From Phoronis australis (lineage: Eukaryota; Animalia; Phoronida): 64,000 nt of DNA. Positions 23,401 through 35,769 of this stretch are shown here, in pieces. Location of the stretch: assembly GCA_002633005.1 (NCBI GenBank), contig NMRA01000031.1, positions 520,888-584,887 of the forward strand, read 5' to 3'. Numbering within the stretch: position 1 is the stretch's first letter; every line of letters starts with the position of its first letter. Under the pieces are notes generated by a model that was not told the DNA's origin, did not search any database, and saw nothing but the letters and a program-made list of their open reading frames with translations. A program made the translations under genes and the position numbers.

Positions 23401-26400
23401 GATGGGGTCACCTGAGCATCAAGCACATCAGGCAGATTATGCTAGACCTGGGTGAGTTGGGCGACCACCACGGACACGGTTGACTGAATACTGGGTAGTC
23501 TACAGTGCTGTGTGAATATGGAGGCCAGTTTTGAGGAGTAGCTGCATGTTGACATACCGGCGACTTGTTTGGATAACTTCTACAACTTGAAATATATTTA
23601 ATTAGTAGCATTTGAAATTCACCACATTGATTGTTTGCTTAACTTAAATTGTAAGTGCAAGATAACTGTAGCAAATATTTAAGTCCCGTCAGCACGCCAT
23701 CTGTTGGCCACATCACATCATGATGGCTAATTCTGTTAACAAGTTACTGGTAATAAATATTAGGGTGGCAAAATGCTAATTAGAGCATGGCTCAGCCACT
23801 TTACTAACGTTCCTGTTAATTACCCTTCATTCTCTGCCATCAGGGGAGACTACTCTGGTGAAGAATTTGGCTTCTCTGCCCAGTCATCATAATGGTTAAT
23901 TCCATGTCATTTTGTGCAAATATTTTTGGCTTATACTGTATCCATTTCACCTTGTAAATATGAAATATTCCATCTGTGAGCATATATAGCAGTAACGGAT
24001 TAATCATTTTGCGTACTAAATTTTATAAGAAATAATTTTTCATGTTCTGAACGTATCTCCAATTCCACCTCGTGATAACCACGGAGTCCTCTTGTTACTG
24101 TGTGACTTAGAGTTTCAAGTCCGAAGCTGTTTTTCGATTTGACTGCAACTCCAACCTTCTATTAACCATGCGCACGGTGGGTGACTGGTGAATGTGATTT
24201 GCACTGCATATTATGTATATAACTTATTTCAAATGTTGACATTGCAGACCGGTCTTATCCAACTCACAGGCTATTCATGGGTAACACGCAGGAAGCCAAA
24301 GAAGGAAGGGCGTCGTTATTCCGCTTGCTGTCTGTCTACGCTCGCTACAACACTGCTGTAGGATATTGCCAAGGTTAATATTCAAAATGACTATCACATC
24401 ACGCCTATTGTGTAAACCGTTCCACATTTAGTTACAAAAATAGAGATCTAGTTGATTTGAAATATGACGCAGGCATTTTTAAACAATCTTCGGTGGACAT
24501 TCACTATTGACTGGGAGACATGCAGCAATTCATACTGCTATAATTCAAATGATTCACATTTCCAGACTCTGCTGTCACAAAGGTATGCGTTATCTATCCT
24601 ACTATGTCTCTAATTCTTCAACTGAGCCTGTTAAGCAGTCCAGTTCAAATTCCGCTCCACTTCCAGGTATGGGTTTCATCGCTGGCATGCTGTTGATGCA
24701 CATGTCTGAAGTAGAGTCTTTCTGGTGTATGGTGGCGCTGTTTGAGCGACACAAATACCTTCTCGGCTATTTTGACAGCTCACTGGTTCGGTAAGTCTCG
24801 TCGCATATGTGCAGTGAAACTTTCTAGGCAATGTGATTTAGTTTAAGATAGTTTGAACAAGAGGGCAGCACTGTCTATATAATAGTAAACCAACGTGCCT
24901 CATTTAATAAACATTTCAATAATTTGTATTATTTCGATACAGTCATTTTGGTGACTAGTAACAAGTTACACAATTACTTGATAAATTGCCAGTTTCTCAA
25001 ATAGGAAGGTTGTTTACTTTTTATTTGACCCCAGAACACTATCTGTTGAAACTGTACTAACTGCTGGATGTACATTCACCAAAAAGAATTTTATATGCGC
25101 TAACTGCAAAGCGATACTGAAGCTAGTTTACAGTGAAACAACACGTTTAGATGAGATAAAAGGTCATATATATTATGACAAACTAAACTACTACAGATAT
25201 CGGTAATTACAAAAGTTACATAATATGTTGAACTGTAAAGGTGGGTGAGAATTATCTTGTCAGTTGCAGAGATTCTTGAACATAACAGGCTCGAAGAGAA
25301 ATCATAAAAGTACTATTTTTGTAGCCTCTCATGTAAAAGCGGAAATTTTAAAAACAATTTGTAGCAGCGTTTGAAGATCAGTACATAAAACAAGGTAAGT
25401 GAAAGTTGAGCCATTTATGAGATATGTTGTTTCAAAGTTAGCCAAATGTGGACATTTTTCTAGAGTCCTACGTAACCTGAATGCCACAACCTTTGTGCTA
25501 TGGTTAGCTGTTGGGGGCAAAGTGCTTGCGAAGACAGTTGAGACCATTGTTACAGAAGAACACTTTGCCCTCAACAACCATAGTTTCATTGCTGTGTCCC
25601 TGAAACAACACTGTAACATGAGTGTACATGAAGGAAATCCCCACCTTCATTGAAGAGCAATTTTACCGTTTCATTTTTTTTTTTTTGGTCAATTTCAGAA
25701 TCCAGACACATGCGCAGGTGTTCCATAAGATCCTTCAACAGAGGCTGCCCAGACTCCACAATCATTTTGTAGGTTGTTTTGTTTAAAAATGGAAGAAAAC
25801 AAATTGTATTGCTCTGTCAATGCTTAGTGTATGCATCCCGTGCATTCGGACATTATTCTTCTTACAGCTTATTCCTACCTACCACTTCAGTGGAAACTGC
25901 CAAGTTCACTGATGTTAGTTTTTATGGAAAACAAATATTGACTTATCGCCATATGTTTTCTCACCTGTTTTTGTGAGATGCTACTGTCAAGTCTGCTAAC
26001 GTGAATACAGTTCTGATCTTACATCAACTTTTTTCATGTTGGTGCGTTAGTTCATAGTCAGTCCCTACTATATGCAAAATTAAAACGATCCATGACAATT
26101 TTTGCCCCAGTTTGGCTGAGACTGTGTTGCACTGTTGGATATCTGCTTTGAGCCTGTATCCTATTTATTACAAGAGTTTATTGTGCAATTTTATCAAAGT
26201 TGTGAAAATTATTTCCATTGTGTTGGTTTATGTAATGAGGTCTAAACTTTTGAATTTCTACAATGCTGTTTGTACTATAGATAAATATGGAGAGAGATCT
26301 GATGCTGTACTAAACAGAGCCATTAAGGAATGTGACTCAGGAGGCACCATATTGTTGTGTGGATCTCACTGTAAATAAACCAGCAAGGCCGTGGGCGAAT

Positions 26401-29400
26401 TATTGACCTTGATATGTTAAATGCATAATACTGACGATTAGGAACAAATAAAACAAAAATATGCTGGGCATTATTAGCAGAATACTTGAATTAAGGTGGA
26501 TTCTCATTTTAATTAAAAAATATCCTGAAAGAGATATCACTGGAAAGAGTATGAGAATAAAAGCATTAACTGGTACCGATTTCATCAAAATCGACCAAAT
26601 GGGTTCAATGCCGGTGCCCGTAAGCCCACCGACTTGCGTGGCGCATAACACCCACACAACAAAATGGCTGCTCTGCTATACTTATACAAAAAAATTTATG
26701 TTAAAGCCAGTCTTTATCTCTATATCTATGGTTTGTTCTTATTGACAGGAGTCGCTGGGCCTTCACCCACTGATGTATCTTACGCCGTGGTTCATGTGTC
26801 TGTTCACCAGCTTACCATGCTGGGATACTGTTCTTGCCATCTGGGATAAGATACTATTGGAAGGTTTGTGACGGTTGACCAATCTCGGTTATACATGCAG
26901 TGAGAGTGGTACTGGATGGCAGTGTAAATACCATTCATCTCCTCTAAAACATTTCTGTGGCTGTTTAACAGCTGTTATTTGTGTGAGGTTTCTTGTGAGC
27001 TCACTGTAACTTCCTAGTCGACCTAATTGACTCAAAGAAAATTATGTATAAATATCTGGTTATTTTCTCGTTATAAGTGAATCCTTTGCATAGCTTGCTC
27101 TATGTTGACTCATATTTGGTGTTTTACTGACTTGTTTTTTGCATTGACTCAGTCGATTAGGTGTAGGTCGACCATTGTGACGAGATGTCACACCAAAACC
27201 TATGGATTCACTGAGTCGTGAATATCCTGGTGCAGTGCCTATCTAACCATCCATTCACAACCAGTCTTTTGCTAAAGCTGTTGCTGTAGCCACTGCCTAG
27301 TGGATGCTTAATGTTCTTTGCTAAATTTGACCAGGAGTGGTCCAGCTAATGGCATGTCATCTTATTTGATCGTTTTTGTCAAGCAGTATCAATTTGTTTT
27401 TACTGCGACATCTGACATAACTGAGAACTATGTAAGGCTCAATAGTAATGAAGCAACAAGATTTTCAATGTTAAATGTATCGATGATTTTGAAGATACTG
27501 GCCGGTACTACAGTCTTTTGTATTCGATTCGTTGTCTGTATGCAGCAACCTTTTATTTGCCAGTTGAGTATATTTCAAAGGGAATTCGAAATTCACCAGG
27601 TGTCGCTAGTGAGCCAAATCTTACAATACCTATAGAAATGCCTGCATTGAGATAATTACTTGAGAACCATATTACATAAATGCCCCCTCGCTGATCAACT
27701 GCTTTCTGCTCTTAATGTATTAAGAGGCAGTCCATATAAAAACCAGTAGATTTTCAAAAATCAGTCTATACGTCAAAATTTAAAACAACTTCATTTTTTG
27801 TACATGGGTAGGTATCCTAACAAAAACCCAAATGCCAAATTTTGTGCANTTTTTATATGGAGTCACTCTTAAGTTGTCAAAGAGTCTGCCATTCATTTTT
27901 TATTATTTTTTATTTTTTGCTCTGATAATGGTTTATTTAAGGATGATGAATAAGACCTCTTCATGTTTTCCTGTGGACATGAAAACAACAAACTACATGT
28001 TTGAATTCACTTCTTAACATGTTAATTTCGAATAAATAATTAAATTTCTCTTAATAACCTCCCATTTCTCTAAATCATTCTCGACACCCATTTCCAATGC
28101 CTTCGTTCATAATGCCAAATATGGACATCACAATGAACTCAATGGAAGAACACCTAACACAGCTACTAAGTTTCCCTGTATTTCTACAAAGTTGTTAATG
28201 TTCCTGCCAGCCCCATCAAGAGTTAAGTGCTTCATTTCCTTGCTCAACGGTACATATTTAGATGAGTGATGATCTGTATAGACACAACAGCTTTACAAAT
28301 TGACCTTAGACATATCTAAACATTTTCCTATCTCTTGTCACGATGGCAACCAATGCTTAGAACTTGAAGTTGACAGATTGACCCAAGCCAATTTAATAAC
28401 CCTCTGAATTCATTAGTACAATATTGAGGTCATGAAATGGCCATCCTAGCTCATAATTACTTGACTACTTTTCTTTGGACGTAATTATAAACTCTTCTTC
28501 AGGTGTATGGACCATATTCCCAGTCGCTCTGTCCATCTTGGAGATCTATGAAAATGAACTGTTGACTGTCGATGACCTGGCTTGTCTCCTGCCACGGCTA
28601 TTGCATCTCAAGCCTCAAGTGTTAGTACAAAATATACAATTAACCTTGTCTAATGCAATATATCCTCCATTTCTCCATGTGTCTGATTTACCAGAATTTT
28701 ACGTTGTTTGCCGTCTGGTAATAGAAGTGAATAATCCATATTTTTATCTTGTCAAGTGTTGAACTGTACAGCACCCTCCATGGTATCTAATGGTTATCAT
28801 AAGTGTTATTGGTTTTATAATGTTTCCTGCTAATCAAAAAGCCAGGATGTTGTACTCACAATAATGGCCGACTCTTGCAGAGTGAGCTGCGATGTGCTGC
28901 TACCACACGTGTGGAGTTGTACCCTGGAAAAATGGGAAGTAGAGAGCTTCCAGGCCATCGTTGTTAACCAAGCTGATGGCACGACCAGAAAGAGGCACAG
29001 AACAGATGCCAAAGAAAATGCGCCGTCGCAAGCCAAGCGCCCGAGACACCAGTCTGGTAACAATGGGCTTACATCTTTTATGTTGTTAGTCCCGAAGTTG
29101 ATGTGAACACTCACGCTCAACTTTGGGTTAAACCACAGTTAAAATGATAAAATTGTTCGCCTGGTGATGAAATATTCTAGTGTACGTGTCTTTACTAGAC
29201 CTTTTCATTATACTGTTTATTCAAATGTTTCAGAACAACCTCGCTCACAAAATCCGTCGGTGTTCCGGAAAATTCTCAATGCATTTGCCCAGTCATTTGA
29301 GGATAACGTTGAGTTCAACTCGGCAATGCAACAGGCAACACAAACATCTAAAGGTGCTCCAGTCTCTAAGTCACAGAGGAAAGTCCCACTCACCACCCCA

Positions 29401-32400
29401 TCACGTCGTGGGAAAGTCAAGCGAGCAATCAAATTTAACTCTCCTGGCACAGTGCAATACACGAAAGTGAACTCTCCTGGCTATGCATTCAGTCTCCAAA
29501 GTGTGTAAGTGATTGTATAATATATTCATTATCTTATATCGGACAGTCTCCGCGTTTAGCTAAATGTCTACAACATATAGACTTGTACTAAAATGTATGT
29601 TATGGATTACCTGAAGAATTTGATTTTGTCTTCATAAATCTTCTTTTAATTGGGTTGAGTGACCACATCCTTTTTAGTAAAATTAAGTTTAAAAAGAAAA
29701 GGGCATTCATACTAACACAATACTTTCAATAACATATGCAAAGTTTAGAGGAGAATGCCTCCAGATTTAATTAGTCTTTTTTACCGTCTTAATCGGTCTA
29801 CATCCACATCACCTCTTATACGGTCGACCTCACCTTGCTGAGAGGTGTTGCGTTAACCTGTGTAGAAGGTGAGAAACAACGCAGCGACGTCAGTGGTTTG
29901 TCTGCAGAGTTAATGCTGCTATATTGCAGTGCATCGTTCCCGCTTGTCCGAAATATGAAGCTGCGAAGAAAGTGGGTATATCGTTTTTTCGACTTCCTCG
30001 AGAGCCCGAAATGCTTAGGAAGTGGCTCGCGGTAGTTAAGAATGAAAGGTATGCTGTTCATAGCAAGTATGAGGCCGTGAAACATCTCCGTGTCTGTGGC
30101 CGGCATTTTGTCCACATTGATTTCTCTGACAAATTCCGGCTTACCAAAGAACTATCCATACATTCCGTTGTCTGTGCATGGTCACGGCGCTTCTCTAGTG
30201 TTTCTTGATCAGTGTACTCCGGTTTGAACTGATAGCCTGTGAAACCTAACGATCCGACTCATGAAGTCTTCGTCGTATGAGCTCTTGACTAAGTCAGGAT
30301 TGGCGCCGGGCGAGTTGCCATGTATTCTGCATTCTGTTTCAAAATGAATTATTATCATCCTAACCATTGCTTACATAAAACTGTAACAAAGTCTGTCTCA
30401 TTAGATACAATTGCCTTTGCAGTATTCGTGAGTGCAAACATTGAGAAGCCAGCAATGAATAAATCACTTCGTTAATGGCTTTTGATGCCGGCAATAAGGT
30501 AATTGACCGGGCACCCGAGGCTGTGTGAGCACTTGCTAATTCGGTGTTTGCTGACAGAAAGCTGTTGTGAAACAATTACTCGATTTTATAAGCTATGGTC
30601 ACATGTTAGGGGAATCTTTATTTAGAAATACAAATACATTATTCAAATCATTGTTAATGTACAACCTTTGCCCTGGTGGTCTGTGGAAGGGGAACCCGAC
30701 TTTGCGGCCCCCGACATGTAGATTTTCAGTTTCGTGGCTAATTCACGTAAATAATTACATGCACATTATTTCTTTGGCTCATTATTATAGTCTTTTCGTG
30801 ACTGGAGGTTTAGTTTCTAACTCAAGCTGGTTTATGTTCATGCCAGTCCCAGCGAAATAAAACAACATGTTTTTATAAGAATTCTGTGTATTTTTATGGG
30901 GGTTTTACATCGAAGTTTGGTTATTTATTGGTGCTAAACGATGAATTCAAGCGATAAGGTGAAACTAGTAATCCGTGTTGTGAACTGCTGAACAGACTGC
31001 GTTTGAAACCAATGACATCATTGGATAATTTCAACACCTCCGTCTGCCGTCAGGTAACACAACCGAACGTGCCGTTATCGTGTATAACTTCTCGATCTAA
31101 ATTGATACAAAGTAGGTAGTTTTTTGGGTGGCATTCTCCTTTAACATCTTCTGGTGCCAGTGTTCAAGATGATTTCTCAAAAACAATGATATGATTTTTT
31201 CAATTGTCATTTTGTTTTGTTTTATGGAAATTTTGTTTTGTTAGAAAAATCTAATTTAAAGTCCAGTTTTGATAACCAATTATGTCAAAGTGGAATGTTT
31301 TAAACGACAAATCCTATCAGCGTTTCGGACAACAGTTCATAAAGCATAGTATGATAAAGTTTCCTTTGAATCTAATCAGCCGTTCATTGACTTGAAGTTA
31401 CAAATAGCCAAATTTGGATATTTGTCAAGGTTTACACAAAAACTTAACTAAACATCACTTCTTGACCTGTGCTGGTGTATTGTTAGGAGTCTCACAAACA
31501 GTCCTGTACTGCCCTGATTTGTCGCTGACCGACAATTGGAATGAAACACCTAACTTCAGCCCATGTACTCCATGCTGTCCAAAGTGACCTCTATTGGCCC
31601 TTTGCAAAATAAAAGTGATCAATAAGGTGGCATGTTGGGGGGTCATTGTTCCCATGTCAACTTTGGTCATTACTCGACAAATTGTATTCTGATGGTCAAT
31701 TACAGGGCAAAGTGCTCATGTGCGACTGAAACAATAAAAGCAAACACTAATAGTCAAAAGAGTGATCAGTACAGCCTAGATTTATAACTGTTGAGAAAAC
31801 ACTGATGTCGTTATTAGGGCAAACTGGTATTGAAAGTTGAGAATTTATCTATTGATTAAAAACATGCTTCTCGGAGTTTAACTCCGTGCACACTGACTAC
31901 AACTCTAAACCAGAGTTGAGGTTGATGTCGAGCATCGCATTACGCAGAGTCTATTTAGTTATTGACTACATTGCCATAGAGGTAGACAGTGCGACAACAG
32001 TGCAACAACAGTGCGACAACAGTGTGACAACAGTGCAACGTCACTGGAGTTGTTACAGTCTTAGTCTTGCCACTTCTCTATAGGATATCACTTTGGATCA
32101 AAAGTGTAAAATCACCAGATAATCTTTGTTTTAGATTATAAACACTGTGAGTATGCTAATCTGGATGGTTCACAAATTGTGCGGCATGAGCTTCAGGTTG
32201 TAAAAAAATAACTTTTGTTGAATTTTTTGCTGTATTTGTGCAAATGTGAATATGCCACTGCCACAGTGTTTGTCTCCAATTTAGAGTACTTTAGTTGCTA
32301 GAGGCGTGATATAATCACTTTCCGTTCCTGTCACCTCTCTTCTTTCTTCTTTCCAGTCAAGGTAGCCCTAAATTTGCTACACCGCTGCGCCGAAGTCCTA

Positions 32401-33232
32401 GAATAGCGTTTCAGAAGTGGCGAAACATCAACACTCCATCAGAAAAGAGGCTTATCAGCAGGTAGCGACATCTGTAGGGTTTTGTTTCAAACTAGTTCTA
32501 ATTAGATTCAACCAAGGTTATAAATAAGAACAGTCCCTGTCCCCTACTATAACACCTTTTTTTGATGTAAGTAATGAGTCGTACCTTTCTAGGTAAGCGT
32601 CAATGTCTCTATTTATGCAATGATGATTTTATCGTGCCAAAACTAAACACATCATCCGGAAATGCAAATGAAATGTTTCTGTTTCAATACAAATTAAAAG
32701 TCCAATTCGCACGTTTAAACATTTTTCGTATTAATCAATATTCCATTGGTTACACTATTAGTTTTTGACACTGTTGTATAATCACCACCCATTGTTGTGT
32801 TTGCACATCACTTAGTGGTTCGAATAGTTGTGAAATGGCTTCAAGAGAACTAAAACGTGTTCACCCGTACTGAACTTGTGTTTGCAGATTCAAAATGTTA
32901 TCTGACCTAGTGATGCTAATGTTATAACTCAGTATACCTTTTATAACAATAGCTAAATTTTGTACTCCGACGATGAAAATTCATATATCAGTGATGCACA
33001 CTTGCCTCATTGTAGGGACCCCTCGGTACAACACTCATTCAAGTCGTTCCACACCCCCACCCCTCTCCGCCGCTCGCAGCGCTCAGTGAAGAATCTGACG
33101 GAGAGTCCTTGCAATATCAGTCTAACCTCTCTACAGCTGACCTCGCCCACATACCTGTCCAGTCCAGACATTGAGCTGAAGCCACTGACCAGAAGCAGGA
33201 TATCAGCCTCCAGTGTCAAGGTCGTGTTGTGA
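20414..33232 (+). CDS. TBC-domain Rab GTPase-activating protein (TBC1D10/USP6NL/GRTP1-like), ~592 aa, 13 coding exons
   Basis: Exons: 20414-20511, 20880-20961, 22236-22343, 23283-23451, 24248-24373, 24667-24790, 25699-25768, 26749-26863, 28503-28620, 28881-29056, 29234-29504, 32357-32461, 33016-33232 (sum 1779 nt, phases consistent). Motifs: DKYGF, GVPSCYRALLW, QIMLDLDRSY (Arg finger), GYCQGM (Gln finger), WFMCLF, IWD. The C-terminal exons are less certain. Confidence 0.88.
23720..23910. repeat. dispersed repeat, homologous to 43205-43390
   Basis: Shared blocks 'gctaattctgttaaca...actggtaataaatat...cctgtt...cattctc...gaattt(g/a)gcttc' occur in both places. Confidence 0.7.
29749..31140 (+). 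mobile_element. Kolobok-like DNA transposon remnant with THAP domain, intronic in the TBC gene
   Basis: Perfect 11-bp TIRs AGGAGAATGCC (29749-29759) / GGCATTCTCCT (31130-31140) are flanked by ttag / ttaa. The internal THAP reads 'CIVPAC...SFFRLPREPEMLRKWL...LRVCGRHF' (29924-30115). TTAA target plus purine termini plus THAP fits Kolobok. Confidence 0.75.
31986..32039 (+). repeat. 11-bp minisatellite (acagtgcgaca) x~5
   Basis: acagtgcgacaacagtgcaacaacagtgcgacaacagtgtgacaacagtgcaac. Confidence 0.9.
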
Positions 33233-34459
33233 GCTGTTTGTTCAGATGTTATTGTATAGTACACACATCACTGTTTCTGTTGACTGTGGAGAAAAAGAAA
33301 CAGTCATCGAAATTTCATTTCTATCTTCACAAAAACTGTTAGAAAGACACCATAGACTAGAAAGCAACTGGCTAATAATTATTGTTTTAATGTGCAGTTA
33401 ATATACTTTTAATACAGAAGGGAACCAAAAATAACATTCACTGATAACTACTGAAGCATGATTGCTGAGGTTAACAGCAGCTTATTATTGTTCAAACACG
33501 AACTGAGGGCAATATTGGGTTATAAGTGAACCGAAGAAGAGCAGTGCTGTCTGAGGAACGATTTGTCTGTGGAGGTTCACGTAACTTGATTTATGTCCCC
33601 CGGGATTGCTCTGCATTTGTTTAATTGTGTGACTTCTTATGCTTCTGTTCTTGATTTCTTTGTCTCCTGTTAGGTTGGGATGTCTTTTCCTGCTTTGCTT
33701 CTCTGCCATTGTTTATTTGCTAACGTTGCTTTCACAACCAGAAGTTTGTGTTATCCGCAATGTGCAAATGGTCAGATCATGAATAATGACACCTGAAGTC
33801 TAAGCGACTTGAATGAAATGTGATATATGACTGGCCGGGCAACATCACTTAATAACATAAGTCGTCATACTGTTTTTAGCCAATCATATCACAGAAGTAT
33901 CTGTGCTCACGTAATTTTTGTTGATTTACTTGATAAAGAATGATTTCAGGGGACTGATAATTAATAGACAGTCCAGTTCTTTTATGATTGACTGTAATAC
34001 ATGCTCTCCTTTTTTTTCATCAGTTTAGAATACGGCTTTGAGAACACAGACCACTACAATCATATAGTTGTCATTTTAGTTTTTGGCAAGCACAAACTCG
34101 TGCCTTACCCAAGAGGTACCGTAGGCAGTCACTATTTTGACGCCTGTTTGGCCATTAAATTGTTACTGTAGTGTATTTCTTGTCAGTTTTAATTGGGCAC
34201 CTCCGGCACTGATGTCATGAAAACAGAATTTTTCCATTATACATGTTTAGTCGCTCCACAATCTGTTCCAAAGAAACATAATATGGCACCAGGTTATCCA
34301 TTACGTACATCAAATGAAAACATCTGTTATGTAACTGGCAAAGCCATTTTAAGGCACACATCATGCATTACGCTTGATGCATGATGTGATGAAAGTTAAA
34401 TGACTGAGGACAAATGATCAGTTATATCGACCTCCCTCCAAAATGCCTTCATCTGCCCT

Positions 34460-34715
34460 TATTTTATGTTAAGGACATAGCATCTTTATTTAACAGAGTG
34501 TCTTAACTGGATAAAAATATTTAATCGTATAACTGAGATATTGGAGTTGTGTCATGTAAGACACGTAATCAAAGCTAATATATGGATCTGCTCATATTTT
34601 ATGTCTAGGACATAGCATCTTTTACTCAACAGAGAGTCTTACTTGAGAAAAAGAGTATTTGATTGTATAATTGATATGGGGTTGTGTCATCTAAGGCATG
34701 TAATCAAGGTTAATG
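34460..34715 (+). repeat. diverged ~135-bp tandem duplication
   Basis: 'attttatg..aggacatagcatcttta..aacagag.gtctta...gttgtgtcat..aag.ca.gtaatcaa' occurs twice. Confidence 0.8.
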
Positions 34716-35769
34716 CATGCATCCTTGAAAGACAATCTGCGGGATTTCAAATCATTTTAGTGTACACAGCAGCACTGGAGGTGCTATTCAGCCATTGTGG
34801 TAGTAGAAAGTGGATGTTCATGTTGTCTTTTAAGTCAATATATCCAGTTTTAACTTGTAGCTAATTGAACTCTGTTATGTTATAACACGAGCCTTTCTAA
34901 TACCATGGCCTGTAACATTTGCATGTAAATAGATGTAGTACCTTACAGTTTTATGGTTATAAGATCTTGCCTGTGAATGTATACTACACTAAGCAGCAAT
35001 AACAGACCAGTTTGGTAAACTTCTTGTGTTTCAATTCAGCATTTTTTTTCAATTGTCACATCCTTGCGAATGATGGCCTTTTACAGTTGAAATACTGCAC
35101 AACACGAGTTTACAAATTTATGAAAGGTGAAAATTTTGTTCCACTCGAAAGGCGCAATATGTACATATACGAGTTTTCGACACGTTTTACACAGGTGGAT
35201 GGTGATACGGGACCTGTTGGTAAAAGGTGCGGCGTGGAAAAACGCAACACCGTTCCAGTTTCTGAGTAATTTTTTTGCAGTGACCTTTACTTTATGAAGA
35301 TTACTTTTCACCAACTTGCATACAAATTGATTCTTAGTTTTTCGCTAACTGAAGTGTGTGAAAGTTTTTAATTTATCGTTGCCAACAGTTCGTTGTTCAG
35401 CCCATGTGAGATATATGAAAATAAAAAATGTTAAGTCGTATTTTGGGACGTGTTCAAAGTGTTCTTTTCGTTAATTTAGCTCCACGTGTGGCATTGGCTA
35501 TTGATACATAGTGACGTTCCGTTGGAAAATTGTCCTAACCCACCTATGGTGATCAAAAATCGAAATTGTCTAAAAGGGAGCGCATTTTATGATTTCCCAG
35601 CGTTATGAAATGAAGGCCCAATAAAAGCAAAAATATAGACGCTGGTGGGCACATGTATGCCGAGTCCGCGGCTCTGTCTCGGCGTATGCCGACACAGCTG
35701 CCCCTGCACTCCAGTTCATCCCACCGAACAAAAATTGTCCCTGTCATTTTCAGATAATTTTGTAAAATT

